A stretch of 64,000 nucleotides of DNA from an uncultured Mycoplasmatota bacterium (GCA_949527715.1 CATEWF010000001.1:9883-73882); one strand, 5' to 3'; counted from the first letter of the stretch, positions 17,673 through 26,976 are shown. Numbers and translations: made by a program. The notes: generated by a model from the letters alone, not told the origin.

Positions 17673-18572
17673 ATGGATTTGAATCTCGAACTTTACAAAG
17701 ATGTAACAAGTGACAAAGAAGCAATTACACCTGAAATCGCACAGAAATGGCTTGAAGAAGGATTAAGTGAAAATCGTGATATCAGAAATGGTACGGTAAA
17801 ACGTTACATCAAAGACTTGCAAAATAATAGATGGTTTCTTAATGGTGAAACTTTTGTAGTCGGAAAAAGTGGTAAGTTGCTCAATGGCTATCATCGTTGT
17901 TCTGCGATTGTTGCAAGTGGTATTTCTATTGTAAGTATTGTTGTTCGTGGTGTTGATGATGACGCATATAAAACAATGGATGGCGGTACAAATCGTAATC
18001 CTGCTGATATTCTTAAAGCTTATGGTGTGTTGTCCTATACAAGAGAAAAGGCTGGTTCAGTATCAAAATATCTTTCATTCCTTTGTGGCAAGAGATGTAT
18101 TATTAGTGCTGTCGGTGATACTAATTTGACCGCTTCAGGTAAAATCGGTAATCGTAATATGCAAGTGCTTGATACATATACAGAAAATCAAGAAATCTTT
18201 GATGATGCTATTATGTTTGCCCTTAATATCAAAAAGGCTAATAAAAATTCATTTAGTATGATGAGATTAACCCCTGGTGATATTTCTGCTCTTATTGTTT
18301 ATTTGCATAAAAATATGGGGTATCCTGTGGAAAAAGTAAAAGAGTTTTTCAATGAACTTTATGAAATGGATGGAAAAAGTGATAAACTCTTTATGAATGA
18401 CTTTTGCAATATTATGCGTGATGATTTTAAAAATATAAATAAAATGCTACCTAAAACACGTCAAAGTTTTCTTGCAAAGGCTTGGAATATGTATAACGGC
18501 AAAATTCTTAGTAAAAATAATATGCTTATGCTTACAAGAGAAGAAGAAAAACAAGGAGTTTCTTTTATGTAA
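17673..18572 (+). CDS. ParB N-terminal-domain-like (ParB/Srx superfamily) protein (299 aa)
   Basis: GKLLNGYHRCSAI resembles the DGxHR..A core of ParB-like nuclease/NTPase domains. Confidence 0.5.
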   Translation: MDLNLELYKDVTSDKEAITPEIAQKWLEEGLSENRDIRNGTVKRYIKDLQNNRWFLNGETFVVGKSGKLLNGYHRCSAIVASGISIVSIVVRGVDDDAYKTMDGGTNRNPADILKAYGVLSYTREKAGSVSKYLSFLCGKRCIISAVGDTNLTASGKIGNRNMQVLDTYTENQEIFDDAIMFALNIKKANKNSFSMMRLTPGDISALIVYLHKNMGYPVEKVKEFFNELYEMDGKSDKLFMNDFCNIMRDDFKNINKMLPKTRQSFLAKAWNMYNGKILSKNNMLMLTREEEKQGVSFM

Positions 18573-18593
18573 AGAATAGGTTATACGTTATTA

Positions 18594-18635
18594 AAATCTG
18601 ATACACCTTGTTTAAGTATATCAGATTTTTTTGTT
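18594..18635 (+). terminator. intrinsic terminator
   Basis: AAATCTGATA (18594-18603) pairs with TATCAGATTT (18619-18628), followed by a T-run. Confidence 0.7.
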
Positions 18636-18650
18636 TTTTAACTAAAAACA

Positions 18651-18682
18651 TTTGGGTGTTTCAAATAAAAGTGTTACATTTG
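18651..18682 (+). promoter_or_regulatory. Bacteroidota-type promoter
   Basis: TTTAAC upstream, TTTG 18651-18654, TAcaTTTG 18675-18682, 20-nt spacer. Confidence 0.7.
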
Positions 18683-18731
18683 CAATGTAATTAAGAGAAA
18701 CAAATAGCAACAAATTAAAACATTACATAGT

Positions 18732-19025
18732 ATGAAAGAACATTATAATATTGGTGAAATTACGGCAGAAGATAAGGAAGAAATCTTTAAAGGTATGCCA
18801 AAGGAACTTAAATATGCTGTATTATATGATAAGATGTATCATGATTGTGGGGAACGAATAACAACAAGGTATGGCTTTCCTACTATGGAAAAATATGATA
18901 ATGGAGAAGTAGCATTTCAAGAGACGGATTTTTATGCTACAATGAAAGAAGCATCCGAAAGGTGTTCTATTATCCCAAAGATAACAAATGTAAAATATAG
19001 AAATGCTTTTATTGTAACACGTTAA
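18732..19025 (+). CDS. hypothetical protein (97 aa)
   Basis: ATG ORF downstream of promoter. Confidence 0.6.
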   Translation: MKEHYNIGEITAEDKEEIFKGMPKELKYAVLYDKMYHDCGERITTRYGFPTMEKYDNGEVAFQETDFYATMKEASERCSIIPKITNVKYRNAFIVTR

Positions 19026-19037
19026 TAATAAAAATAT

Positions 19038-19199
19038 ATGGCAAGTAAAAATAAATTTAAAAAAGCACGTAATTCATATTGTTCAAATGCTTTAAAGTTT
19101 GGTAATGATAAACTAAAAAGACTTTATTTCTATACTTCGACACAACGGAAACATATTAAAAATATTGATATGAGTGAAGTGAATGATAAGGATTTTTAA
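19038..19199 (+). CDS. possible small basic protein (53 aa)
   Basis: Hand-translated MASKNKFKKARNSYCSNALKFGNDKLKRLYF...; below the track cutoff. Confidence 0.4.
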   Translation: MASKNKFKKARNSYCSNALKFGNDKLKRLYFYTSTQRKHIKNIDMSEVNDKDF

Positions 19200-19216
19200 A
19201 TAAAATAAAAATAGAT

Positions 19217-19516
19217 ATGGAAACAATTATTACTCGTCAAATGTTTGTGGATAATCCTAAGTTTTATGAGATTATTGAAGAAGAAATTAACAGAACACTT
19301 GGTGAAACTCTTAATGATTTTGTAGAATGTCCAACTACATATCTTAGGTTATTTCTTTCAAAAGTAAATGCTACTTTTTTATCTCCTAAAATGGAAAAGA
19401 AAATTATAGAAATTCTTGTAAAGAAGCATAGTTTTAAAGAGAATGAAATTACAAATGTATATAAATCTTCTGATACTTTTCCTTGTGTAATAGTTGATAT
19501 TAATTTGGATATGTAA
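19217..19516 (+). CDS. hypothetical protein (99 aa)
   Basis: ATG ORF, coding strand. Confidence 0.6.
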   Translation: METIITRQMFVDNPKFYEIIEEEINRTLGETLNDFVECPTTYLRLFLSKVNATFLSPKMEKKIIEILVKKHSFKENEITNVYKSSDTFPCVIVDINLDM

Positions 19517-19540
19517 TTTTACATTCTTTAACTAAAATAA

Positions 19541-19572
19541 TTTGGTTATTCAAGAAAAAGTTTATATCTTTG
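19541..19572 (+). promoter_or_regulatory. Bacteroidota-type promoter
   Basis: TTTAAC upstream, TTTG 19541-19544, TAtcTTTG 19565-19572, 20-nt spacer. Confidence 0.7.
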
Positions 19573-19627
19573 CATAGTCAAAAAGAAATAAAAACGATTG
19601 TTTAATAAATAATAAATTTAATGTATT

Positions 19628-20014
19628 ATGGGAATGTTTTCGTGGTTTACACAAGATACTAATCATCGTATTGTCAATGGAGAAAGACATACAGTCTACA
19701 TGACCGATAACAATGGTAATTCTTATAAAGAAGAATGTTATGAAGGTTATGGTGTATTCGGTGGAAAAGATTATTACGAACTTCTTGCTGAAATGAATGG
19801 TTATCCGTCTGATAGGGATAAAGGTATCGAACTTGCTTTTGCTGATGGATATAGCAATGGTGATAATCCTCACGTATTTCATCCATCATTAACGGAACTT
19901 AAACCTGAATATATGGATGGTGTTGCCCCTGAATCCGACCCAGATCAAGGTTTTCCTTATGACGAATGTGAAGATGAATATGATTATGATGATTATAATG
20001 ATGAGGACGAATAA
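19628..20014 (+). CDS. hypothetical protein with poly-acidic C-terminal tail (128 aa)
   Basis: C-terminus is DECEDEYDYDDYNDEDE. Confidence 0.65.
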   Translation: MGMFSWFTQDTNHRIVNGERHTVYMTDNNGNSYKEECYEGYGVFGGKDYYELLAEMNGYPSDRDKGIELAFADGYSNGDNPHVFHPSLTELKPEYMDGVAPESDPDQGFPYDECEDEYDYDDYNDEDE

Positions 20015-20025
20015 AATTTTCTGTT

Positions 20026-20442
20026 ATGTTTAAAAATCCTAAGTTTATTAAAATATCTGAATTATACAATAAGATTATTAATGATTTTAATCTTGATGAT
20101 GTATATATTACAGATTTTTATCATCCGAGATGCGTTGAACGTGTTTTGTCGATACCTGTTAAAATTGAAGTTGAAACTTATGAAAGTAATGACGATGAAA
20201 TAATTTTTACTTGGGTTGAATCAGACCATTTTTATGGTACTTCTACGTTTCTTGCTGAATATAATAATGTTGATGATGCAATTTTAGATAGTATTATTGA
20301 TTCTTTGAATAACGCATATAACAATTATAAATTGATTAATAATGAAGTAAGTAATTTACTTAAAAATGTTGGTAAAAAGGAATACACTTCTAAAATTGTA
20401 ATGAATGTTCTAAACAAAAGATTTAGAGATGAAACCATCTAA
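20026..20442 (+). CDS. hypothetical protein (138 aa)
   Basis: ATG ORF, coding strand. Confidence 0.65.
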   Translation: MFKNPKFIKISELYNKIINDFNLDDVYITDFYHPRCVERVLSIPVKIEVETYESNDDEIIFTWVESDHFYGTSTFLAEYNNVDDAILDSIIDSLNNAYNNYKLINNEVSNLLKNVGKKEYTSKIVMNVLNKRFRDETI

Positions 20443-21133
20443 AAATAAAGTGCATTGCTATGATTGTGGCAGAAATAAAATGCTATTTGAAAGCGAGAAA
20501 AAGGCTTTGAATTTTATCAAGTTCAATAGTGAAAACATTGAAGAAGAAAATGGTATAAAGCCAATTAGAGCGTATTTCTGTCAATCTTGTTGTGGATGGC
20601 ATATAACAAGTAAACCTGAAAAAACATATAAGAATACACCAACTGAAAGGGTGATAGAACTTTATAATAAAGAAAAGGAGGCTAAAAAGAATGAAGCATT
20701 AAAAAAGAAAATGAATATATCTGAACGTATTGAAAAAGGTAAATTCACATATATAGGATTATTTCTTAATGAAGAACAAAGGGAACAATTAAAAGAAACA
20801 TTTTTTCATTTAATTCCACTTGAATCTAAATTATATCTTGACCATTGTACTATCTTACATAAAAATCAGATAGAAAACCCTAAAAGTCAAGAAATAATAG
20901 ATTATGTTTTGTCTTCTTTTTCCAAAGAGGAAGAAGTAAAGATTACTCATATAGGTATGAGTTATAAAACAATGGCTTTTAAGGTAGAAATTAATGTGCC
21001 TTGTGCAAATGATACACCACATATTACAATCTGCACTATTAATGATGGCAGACCTGTTGATAGTAATTATATTACTAATTGGAATAAATTAAGCAAACCA
21101 ATTAATTTGAAATTGGTATGGAAATTAATGTAA
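20429..21133 (+). CDS. zinc-ribbon / 2H-phosphoesterase (LigT/CPDase-like) fusion protein (234 aa)
   Basis: N-terminal CYDCG..(n)..CQSCCGWH ribbon; C-terminal half carries two H-x-T motifs (DHCTILH and PHITICT), the hallmark of 2H phosphoesterases. Confidence 0.5.
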   Translation: MKPSKNKVHCYDCGRNKMLFESEKKALNFIKFNSENIEEENGIKPIRAYFCQSCCGWHITSKPEKTYKNTPTERVIELYNKEKEAKKNEALKKKMNISERIEKGKFTYIGLFLNEEQREQLKETFFHLIPLESKLYLDHCTILHKNQIENPKSQEIIDYVLSSFSKEEEVKITHIGMSYKTMAFKVEINVPCANDTPHITICTINDGRPVDSNYITNWNKLSKPINLKLVWKLM

Positions 21134-21399
21134 TTAATCAATTTAATATGATTAAAGAAATTTATAATAAGTATAAAGGTAAATTAATTCCTTGTTTAGT
21201 TAATAATGAGTGTGGAAATTTAGTCAATGGTTATGGGGTGGTTTGTGGTTATAAAGAACAATGGTTAGTGTTAGGCTTTAATACAGAAACGGAAGGGTGC
21301 ATTAAGTCATTTACTAAATCAGTATTTATTGATAATCCAAATATGCTTTCGTATAGATTTTGGAATGTTAAACATTTAAAAGAAAAAAATGTAAATTAA
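21118..21399 (+). CDS. hypothetical protein (93 aa)
   Basis: ATG ORF overlapping the previous gene by 16 nt. Confidence 0.55.
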   Translation: MEINVINQFNMIKEIYNKYKGKLIPCLVNNECGNLVNGYGVVCGYKEQWLVLGFNTETEGCIKSFTKSVFIDNPNMLSYRFWNVKHLKEKNVN

Positions 21400-21401
21400 A
21401 A

Positions 21402-21620
21402 ATGGATAAAGAACTATATGATTGGTTAAAAAGAGAATTTATATATTCCAACTTGCCAAAGTATCATAAATTGTTTAAAGTATGGGTCAGCAACATTAAT
21501 AAAGATCAAATAGACGGATTTACTAAGCAAATGGCAATTCAGAAAGAAAAACTGATAGGTAGTGAACGATGGGGCATTATATCTCAAATTAATCTATCTA
21601 AATATAAAAATATGGATTAA
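21402..21620 (+). CDS. hypothetical protein (72 aa)
   Basis: ATG ORF, coding strand. Confidence 0.55.
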   Translation: MDKELYDWLKREFIYSNLPKYHKLFKVWVSNINKDQIDGFTKQMAIQKEKLIGSERWGIISQINLSKYKNMD

Positions 21621-21639
21621 CTTTTATTAACGCAAATAA

Positions 21640-21671
21640 TTTGGTAGTCATAGAAAAAATGACTACCTTTG
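21640..21671 (+). promoter_or_regulatory. Bacteroidota-type promoter with embedded 9-bp hairpin
   Basis: TTAAC upstream, TTTG 21640-21643, TAccTTTG 21664-21671, 20-nt spacer; GGTAGTCAT/ATGACTACC stem in the spacer. Confidence 0.65.
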
Positions 21672-21687
21672 TTGTATAATAATAAAA

Positions 21688-22638
21688 ATGATTATGGCAG
21701 ATATACAATACTTTTATCTTGGCAAAAATAGCCGTTCTAATAAGTTGGAAGGTACTTCTTTCAAAGCCTATAAGTATAAGGATAAAGAAACGAAGAAAGT
21801 TACTTTTTATCCTATTATTCCAGAGTTTAATAATGAATTGCCGAAAGAAATCTTTATATATGACATTGGATGGAAAAAAATCGGTAAAAATATGGTAGAA
21901 ATACCTATTTTTGATAATAATTCAGAGCATTGGGATGAGTATATAGACAAATATGGTGTTTATTGTCTGTTTTATTCTATTGATGGGTCAGATTATGGTA
22001 CAAGGGATTGTTGTGCTATCAAAAAGCAAACAGAATTTAATTCGATTGTTAAGTATGGAATTACAGATTATGTAGGTTTTATGAACAACTTTATGGAATT
22101 TCATAAAATTCAAGTAAGCACAATCAAAGATAAGTATTTGCCTTTAATTAAGGAGTATGGCAGTACATATAAACCTGAATGTGAATTGATAAATGAGTAT
22201 CAATTTACACCTTGTTATACTATGGTATATTCGTTCTTTTCAATGAAATATAGTCCAAATGTATTAGTTGATGATGAACGAATGGAAAAACTTTATAGGG
22301 ATTATAGAAAAGCAGAATTACGCTCTAAAAGCGATATGTATAAAGAATATATCGCTTTGGAGGATTTATGTGTTCAAAAGTATAGAGAATTAACTGAAAA
22401 ATATGGTAGTTCTTTCAGTTATTATACTGATGATAAGAATGTTATAGAATATCTTAATGTTAAAGATAAGACACATAAGTTATTTTGTGAGGTAGAGGAT
22501 ATTATTAATACGCAAATTAACAAGGAAATAGACACAGATAATGATGTATTTCCTACATCTGTTAATGATAGAATTGGTTATTTGTTTGGTAATGAAGCAC
22601 AAATGATATACTCTGATTTAGTTAAAAATTATCTTTAA
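21688..22638 (+). CDS. hypothetical protein (316 aa)
   Basis: ATG ORF downstream of promoter. Confidence 0.75.
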   Translation: MIMADIQYFYLGKNSRSNKLEGTSFKAYKYKDKETKKVTFYPIIPEFNNELPKEIFIYDIGWKKIGKNMVEIPIFDNNSEHWDEYIDKYGVYCLFYSIDGSDYGTRDCCAIKKQTEFNSIVKYGITDYVGFMNNFMEFHKIQVSTIKDKYLPLIKEYGSTYKPECELINEYQFTPCYTMVYSFFSMKYSPNVLVDDERMEKLYRDYRKAELRSKSDMYKEYIALEDLCVQKYRELTEKYGSSFSYYTDDKNVIEYLNVKDKTHKLFCEVEDIINTQINKEIDTDNDVFPTSVNDRIGYLFGNEAQMIYSDLVKNYL

Positions 22639-22658
22639 CATACTTTAACTCGAAATAT

Positions 22659-22689
22659 TTTGCATAATCAAATATTTTTGTTATCTTTG
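22659..22689 (+). promoter_or_regulatory. Bacteroidota-type promoter positioned for a leaderless transcript
   Basis: TTTAAC upstream, TTTG 22659-22662, TAtcTTTG 22682-22689, 19-nt spacer; only 4 nt (CAGT) separate the -7 box from ATG 22694. Confidence 0.6.
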
Positions 22690-22693
22690 CAGT

Positions 22694-22945
22694 ATGAAAA
22701 CGATAGAGAAATTTCAGAAAATAGCACATAAGATTACTTGTGTGTTGCACGAAATAACAGGTATTTATCATCCGTTGTTTGTTAAGGGCATCAATGGTGT
22801 CTATTATTTAGTAGATGAAAATACTGGTGATATTTGCTGCGGAATATGTGAAATAAGTAATGTTAAAGGATATAGTGAAAATGATTTTGAAGCATATCTG
22901 AATAAGTTACTTGTAAATTTTGAAAATGTTAAAAGTAAATTTTAA
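22694..22945 (+). CDS. hypothetical protein (83 aa)
   Basis: ATG ORF immediately after the -7 box. Confidence 0.6.
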   Translation: MKTIEKFQKIAHKITCVLHEITGIYHPLFVKGINGVYYLVDENTGDICCGICEISNVKGYSENDFEAYLNKLLVNFENVKSKF

Positions 22946-22951
22946 TACGTT

Positions 22952-23476
22952 ATGTGTGTTCTTAAAAGCGGAATGGGTGTTATTCTCTCCAATGGAGAAA
23001 AGTTAATTGTAGTTAATGATATGTTAATTAATGAAAACGTATGTATTAACTTAAATAGTTATAAGAATTATGTCAATACATATAATTCACATTTGAATAT
23101 TGAAAAGGTTTATAAACATGTGTCTGATAAATTTAATGTAATTAATTATGGATATATGTATGGTATCTTGAAAGATATTGAAAAAAGTGAATTGATGTTC
23201 AGTTATGATAAGTATATCATCAAGCTATTGGATTACTCATACGAAATAGGGGAAAAGGAATATGTTTGTACTTCTTTAAATGAAGCAATCGAAACGTATA
23301 ATAAGGTAGTTAAAGAAGTAATGAAATATAAAGATAAATTTCCGTTAAATAGTTGTATCCTAGTATCTGATGATATTGGCTATAAGGCAACTATTGTTAC
23401 TTCTGATAGTAAACATTTAGAATATTCGGGAAAAGTGGACACATATATTTCAGTTATAATGAAGAAGGTAGGATAA
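22952..23476 (+). CDS. hypothetical protein (174 aa)
   Basis: ATG ORF, coding strand. Confidence 0.7.
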   Translation: MCVLKSGMGVILSNGEKLIVVNDMLINENVCINLNSYKNYVNTYNSHLNIEKVYKHVSDKFNVINYGYMYGILKDIEKSELMFSYDKYIIKLLDYSYEIGEKEYVCTSLNEAIETYNKVVKEVMKYKDKFPLNSCILVSDDIGYKATIVTSDSKHLEYSGKVDTYISVIMKKVG

Positions 23477-23499
23477 ACAATAATTAAATTATATAGAAT

Positions 23500-23715
23500 A
23501 TGAGAAAGTTAATTGGTACGATTGTAATCATTTTGGTATTGTGGGTAGGATTTTTTGGTTGTGAAAAGTATAATATTGAACCGTTTATTCTTAATTGGTT
23601 TAATAGTGATGAACCTGCAAAGTTGGAGAAGAAAATCAAAAAGGTTAATAAAGTTTTGAAGGAAAAAGAAGATACATTCAAAAATGTAACAGAAAGCATT
23701 AATATTGAAGAATAA
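23500..23715 (+). CDS. small membrane-anchored or secreted protein (71 aa)
   Basis: N-terminal hydrophobic segment LIGTIVIILVLWVGFFGC. Confidence 0.55.
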   Translation: MRKLIGTIVIILVLWVGFFGCEKYNIEPFILNWFNSDEPAKLEKKIKKVNKVLKEKEDTFKNVTESINIEE

Positions 23716-23724
23716 TGATTTTTA

Positions 23725-23742
23725 TGTACTCAAATGAGTACA
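23725..23742. repeat. palindromic motif TGTACTCAAATGAGTACA (copy 1 of 2)
   Basis: 8-bp inverted arms around AA; overlaps ATG 23734; the 19-nt string TATGTACTCAAATGAGTAC recurs at 26495-26513. Confidence 0.6.
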
Positions 23743-24159
23743 AGAGGATATTTTATAATAAGAAAAATAGATAAGATGAAAAATAAATTTTGGGATATAA
23801 TTGAAGAACTTGATTGGAAAGGTGCTTGTAAAGAAACGGAACGTCCGTATATAATTACACGTGAAAGATTTGAGAATATTATTGCAAAATTTGATAGTAC
23901 ATTTGGTTCTGAGATTGAAAAGACTGCAAAAGCATATCGCCAAATTTTGCTTGTAAAACTAAGAGAGTATTCATTTGAAAAATATGATGACAGATATGTA
24001 TTTCCACGAGTAAGTGATGATAGTTTGTGGGATTTAACTGCTCATATCGTTGGTTTGGGTGAAAAGGTCTATAATAATATTATGGAACATCCCGAACAAA
24101 TAGTTGATTATCTGAATGAATATCAAGAGAATTTTGAATACACTTTCAATATTAAGTAA
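23734..24159 (+). CDS. hypothetical protein (141 aa)
   Basis: ATG ORF, coding strand. Confidence 0.65.
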   Translation: MSTRGYFIIRKIDKMKNKFWDIIEELDWKGACKETERPYIITRERFENIIAKFDSTFGSEIEKTAKAYRQILLVKLREYSFEKYDDRYVFPRVSDDSLWDLTAHIVGLGEKVYNNIMEHPEQIVDYLNEYQENFEYTFNIK

Positions 24160-24167
24160 AAAGTATT

Positions 24168-25049
24168 ATGGCAGAATTTAAAGATAAATTATTGGAAAAG
24201 TATAAAGATAAACCATTTTCCGTTGGTGATGATGTTAAAATAAGCCGTAGTTTGTTTACTAACAGCAATAATGATATAGAAAAACTTGTCAATGTTAAAA
24301 TTGTAGATGTTTTAGACAATAACAAATACAAAGTACAACAAGTTAATAAGTATGAAACTTATGGCTTTTCAGATGTTGTTATTGTTGATAAAGATGATTT
24401 GCATAAAGACTTTTATACTATCGGTCATAACCCATTTAAATTTAATAGATATTTGAGAAAACTTGAGAGAGTTCAATTTGACCTTTCTGGAATTTTGTTA
24501 GATTTGAATATTTCTTCAAAAGTAGATCCTTATAAGAAACACGAATATGTAATTAAGGGTTTTACAATTCCTGAATATAATGACAATCCTTACATTTATG
24601 ATGAGAATGGTAATAAAGTTTATTATCAGCGAGATTATGTGTGGTCAGTAGAGGATGAACAACTTTTTATTGAAAGCATTTATAATGGACTTGATTGTGG
24701 TAAAATCGTTATTCGCAAGCACGATTGGAGTTATCTTGAAAAGTGTGTAGTTAATGGTAATACCGAAGGTTTGGCTTTCAAAGATATTGTTGATGGTAAA
24801 CAACGTATTCACACACTTAAAAGATTTTTGAATGACGAATTTAAGGACTTGCACGGATGCTATTATTCAGATTTATCAAAACAGGCAATGCACCAGTTTG
24901 ATAATAGTACAAGTTTAACATATCTTCGTCTTACAGAAGATGCCACAGATAAAGATGTCATTGAAACATTTCTTATGGTTAATTTTAGTGGTAAACCTAT
25001 GTCAAAAGAACATCTTGACTATGTACAGAAAATTAAGGTTAAAGGTTAA
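24168..25049 (+). CDS. DUF262 (ParB-like superfamily) domain protein (293 aa)
   Basis: C-terminal half has YQRDYVWSVEDEQLFIESI..(n)..IVDGKQRIHTL, the QR.yvW / DGqQR signature of DUF262. Confidence 0.55.
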   Translation: MAEFKDKLLEKYKDKPFSVGDDVKISRSLFTNSNNDIEKLVNVKIVDVLDNNKYKVQQVNKYETYGFSDVVIVDKDDLHKDFYTIGHNPFKFNRYLRKLERVQFDLSGILLDLNISSKVDPYKKHEYVIKGFTIPEYNDNPYIYDENGNKVYYQRDYVWSVEDEQLFIESIYNGLDCGKIVIRKHDWSYLEKCVVNGNTEGLAFKDIVDGKQRIHTLKRFLNDEFKDLHGCYYSDLSKQAMHQFDNSTSLTYLRLTEDATDKDVIETFLMVNFSGKPMSKEHLDYVQKIKVKG

Positions 25050-25078
25050 TTCTTTAACTTTAATTATGATAAAATAAA

Positions 25079-25109
25079 TTTGGTTATTCCATAAGATATG
25101 GTATATTTG
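25079..25109 (+). promoter_or_regulatory. Bacteroidota-type promoter
   Basis: TTTAAC upstream, TTTG 25079-25082, TAtaTTTG 25102-25109, 19-nt spacer. Confidence 0.6.
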
Positions 25110-25123
25110 TAGATGTATATAAT

Positions 25124-25441
25124 ATGGTGAAAACTAAGGGTATAAAGAATATCAATTTCAAATTGATTGATAATAAACAGAAATGGTGTTGGATAAACGA
25201 TGATGATGTTGATGATAACATGTTAACACGTTTGTTTAGGGCATTGTATTCCGCAACAACTTATAATGCGCAAGAAGAACTACTATCAAAGGTAACAATA
25301 AATGAAGGACGTAATAGTTCGGCAATATGTACGTTGCAGTTTAATTGTAATGATAGAAATGTAATGGTTCAAGAATGTAAGTATGTGAAGAACGAGAATA
25401 AATATAAACGAGGAAAAAATATTGGAGTAATTAAAATTTAA
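25124..25441 (+). CDS. hypothetical protein (105 aa)
   Basis: ATG ORF downstream of promoter. Confidence 0.6.
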   Translation: MVKTKGIKNINFKLIDNKQKWCWINDDDVDDNMLTRLFRALYSATTYNAQEELLSKVTINEGRNSSAICTLQFNCNDRNVMVQECKYVKNENKYKRGKNIGVIKI

Positions 25442-25447
25442 TAATAA

Positions 25448-26023
25448 ATGAGTAGTAATATTTCATATAAAATAAACTTTAACATTATTGGAGATACTAA
25501 ATCAGTATTAGAAAAATATATTATTGATAGTCTGTTTAATATCGTATGGCTGAAAAGAGAACATATTGATATACCAACTGCACAATATTGTGATAATATT
25601 CGAGAACTTAAACGTAAGTATCACGGACAAACGTACATGTTCTATTCGTTTAAGATTGTAAATGATAAAATCACCCTCTGTGATGACGATGAAGATAGCG
25701 ATGGAATAATTCTTGTTTCCAAGAGAGATGCAAGAGAACGGAATCATATTCTAAAATATGATAAGATAAAAAATGTTAAAGATTATGTAAATGATGAAAT
25801 TGAAAAATTTGTTAATTTTATTAATTGCTTCTTAACTTCTTCCACAATATGTTGCTCTTGTGAAATATTAGATAAAAATAATAATGTATTAGATAACATA
25901 TCAGATATTATCGCTGCTAATGAAGATGAAATGAAAAGGTCAATTCTTAATAAAACTAAAATAATTGAAAAAGAATTTGATGATTTTATAAATACAACTA
26001 ATTTTAGATTTGATTTTAAATGA
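25448..26023 (+). CDS. hypothetical protein (191 aa)
   Basis: ATG ORF, coding strand. Confidence 0.7.
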   Translation: MSSNISYKINFNIIGDTKSVLEKYIIDSLFNIVWLKREHIDIPTAQYCDNIRELKRKYHGQTYMFYSFKIVNDKITLCDDDEDSDGIILVSKRDARERNHILKYDKIKNVKDYVNDEIEKFVNFINCFLTSSTICCSCEILDKNNNVLDNISDIIAANEDEMKRSILNKTKIIEKEFDDFINTTNFRFDFK

Positions 26024-26024
26024 A

Positions 26025-26489
26025 ATGAATAAAAAGTTTATTAAAAATTTAGTATGTTATTTGATAATGGCATTGGTAATGCTGTTATCTTGTTACATGT
26101 TATGTCATATAAACAATAACAAACAAAAGTGTAATGAGCATTGTGAACTAAATCACATTTCAATTGGAATGGATTCTTTAAGTGCGGTCAATGTTCTTAA
26201 AGAAAAATGGTATAAGACTTGTCAAGTAACTGAATGTTATATTCCTTTTGAAATTAAAGGTGATAGTATTGGATATACTTACTATAAAGATAATGAATCA
26301 TTTTTCATTAAAATAAAGAATAGCAAAGTATATGATATTTCATTTAGTACAAATAGTAAAAATAAATTGAATTATTTAATCGCTGATAGTATGATAGTGG
26401 TGAAGAATGATGAACCATTTAAATACATCGGAAAACATATTATAATTGAGTATAATGGTAAGAATACTTACCATTTATATGAAAAATGA
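26025..26489 (+). CDS. membrane-anchored hypothetical protein (154 aa)
   Basis: ATG at 26025 preferred over the TTG at 26010; N-terminal hydrophobic helix. Confidence 0.6.
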   Translation: MNKKFIKNLVCYLIMALVMLLSCYMLCHINNNKQKCNEHCELNHISIGMDSLSAVNVLKEKWYKTCQVTECYIPFEIKGDSIGYTYYKDNESFFIKIKNSKVYDISFSTNSKNKLNYLIADSMIVVKNDEPFKYIGKHIIIEYNGKNTYHLYEK

Positions 26490-26496
26490 TACTCTA

Positions 26497-26513
26497 TGTA
26501 CTCAAATGAGTAC
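26497..26513. repeat. palindromic motif GTACTCAAATGAGTAC (copy 2 of 2)
   Basis: The same 19-nt string as at 23723-23741; lies 16 nt upstream of ATG 26530. Confidence 0.6.
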
Positions 26514-26529
26514 TTTAATGTATTAAATT

Positions 26530-26976
26530 ATGGATAATAATAAATGTATTGTAAATTGTTTTATACGTAAGAATACTGAAAAGTTACGTAAAGAGTTAAT
26601 AAAACTAGGTTATAAGCAAGTAGAGAATGGTGTCGCAGAATGGCATATTCCAATAACAGAACTTTCATATCTGGAAACTGGCTATAGTAAAAATAATGGT
26701 AATTACTTTATGGGAGTTAATGGATATTGGTATAAAGGTATTGTTAACTGTGAAGATAATGAAGTCTTGTTTCTTGCTCTTGCTGCCTTACGGGAAAATG
26801 ATGATTATATGCAATGGTTCACAGATGGTGTTCATTGGGAAATATATCCATTACAAGGAACTATAACACAAGATATGATTAATAAATGGAAAGTACGATA
26901 TGCTGAATTAAATCATACATATATTCCACATAAAGCAACAATCGGAGAAATTGTCAAGCATTTTAAAAGCACATAA
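26530..26976 (+). CDS. hypothetical protein (148 aa)
   Basis: ATG ORF, coding strand. Confidence 0.65.
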   Translation: MDNNKCIVNCFIRKNTEKLRKELIKLGYKQVENGVAEWHIPITELSYLETGYSKNNGNYFMGVNGYWYKGIVNCEDNEVLFLALAALRENDDYMQWFTDGVHWEIYPLQGTITQDMINKWKVRYAELNHTYIPHKATIGEIVKHFKST

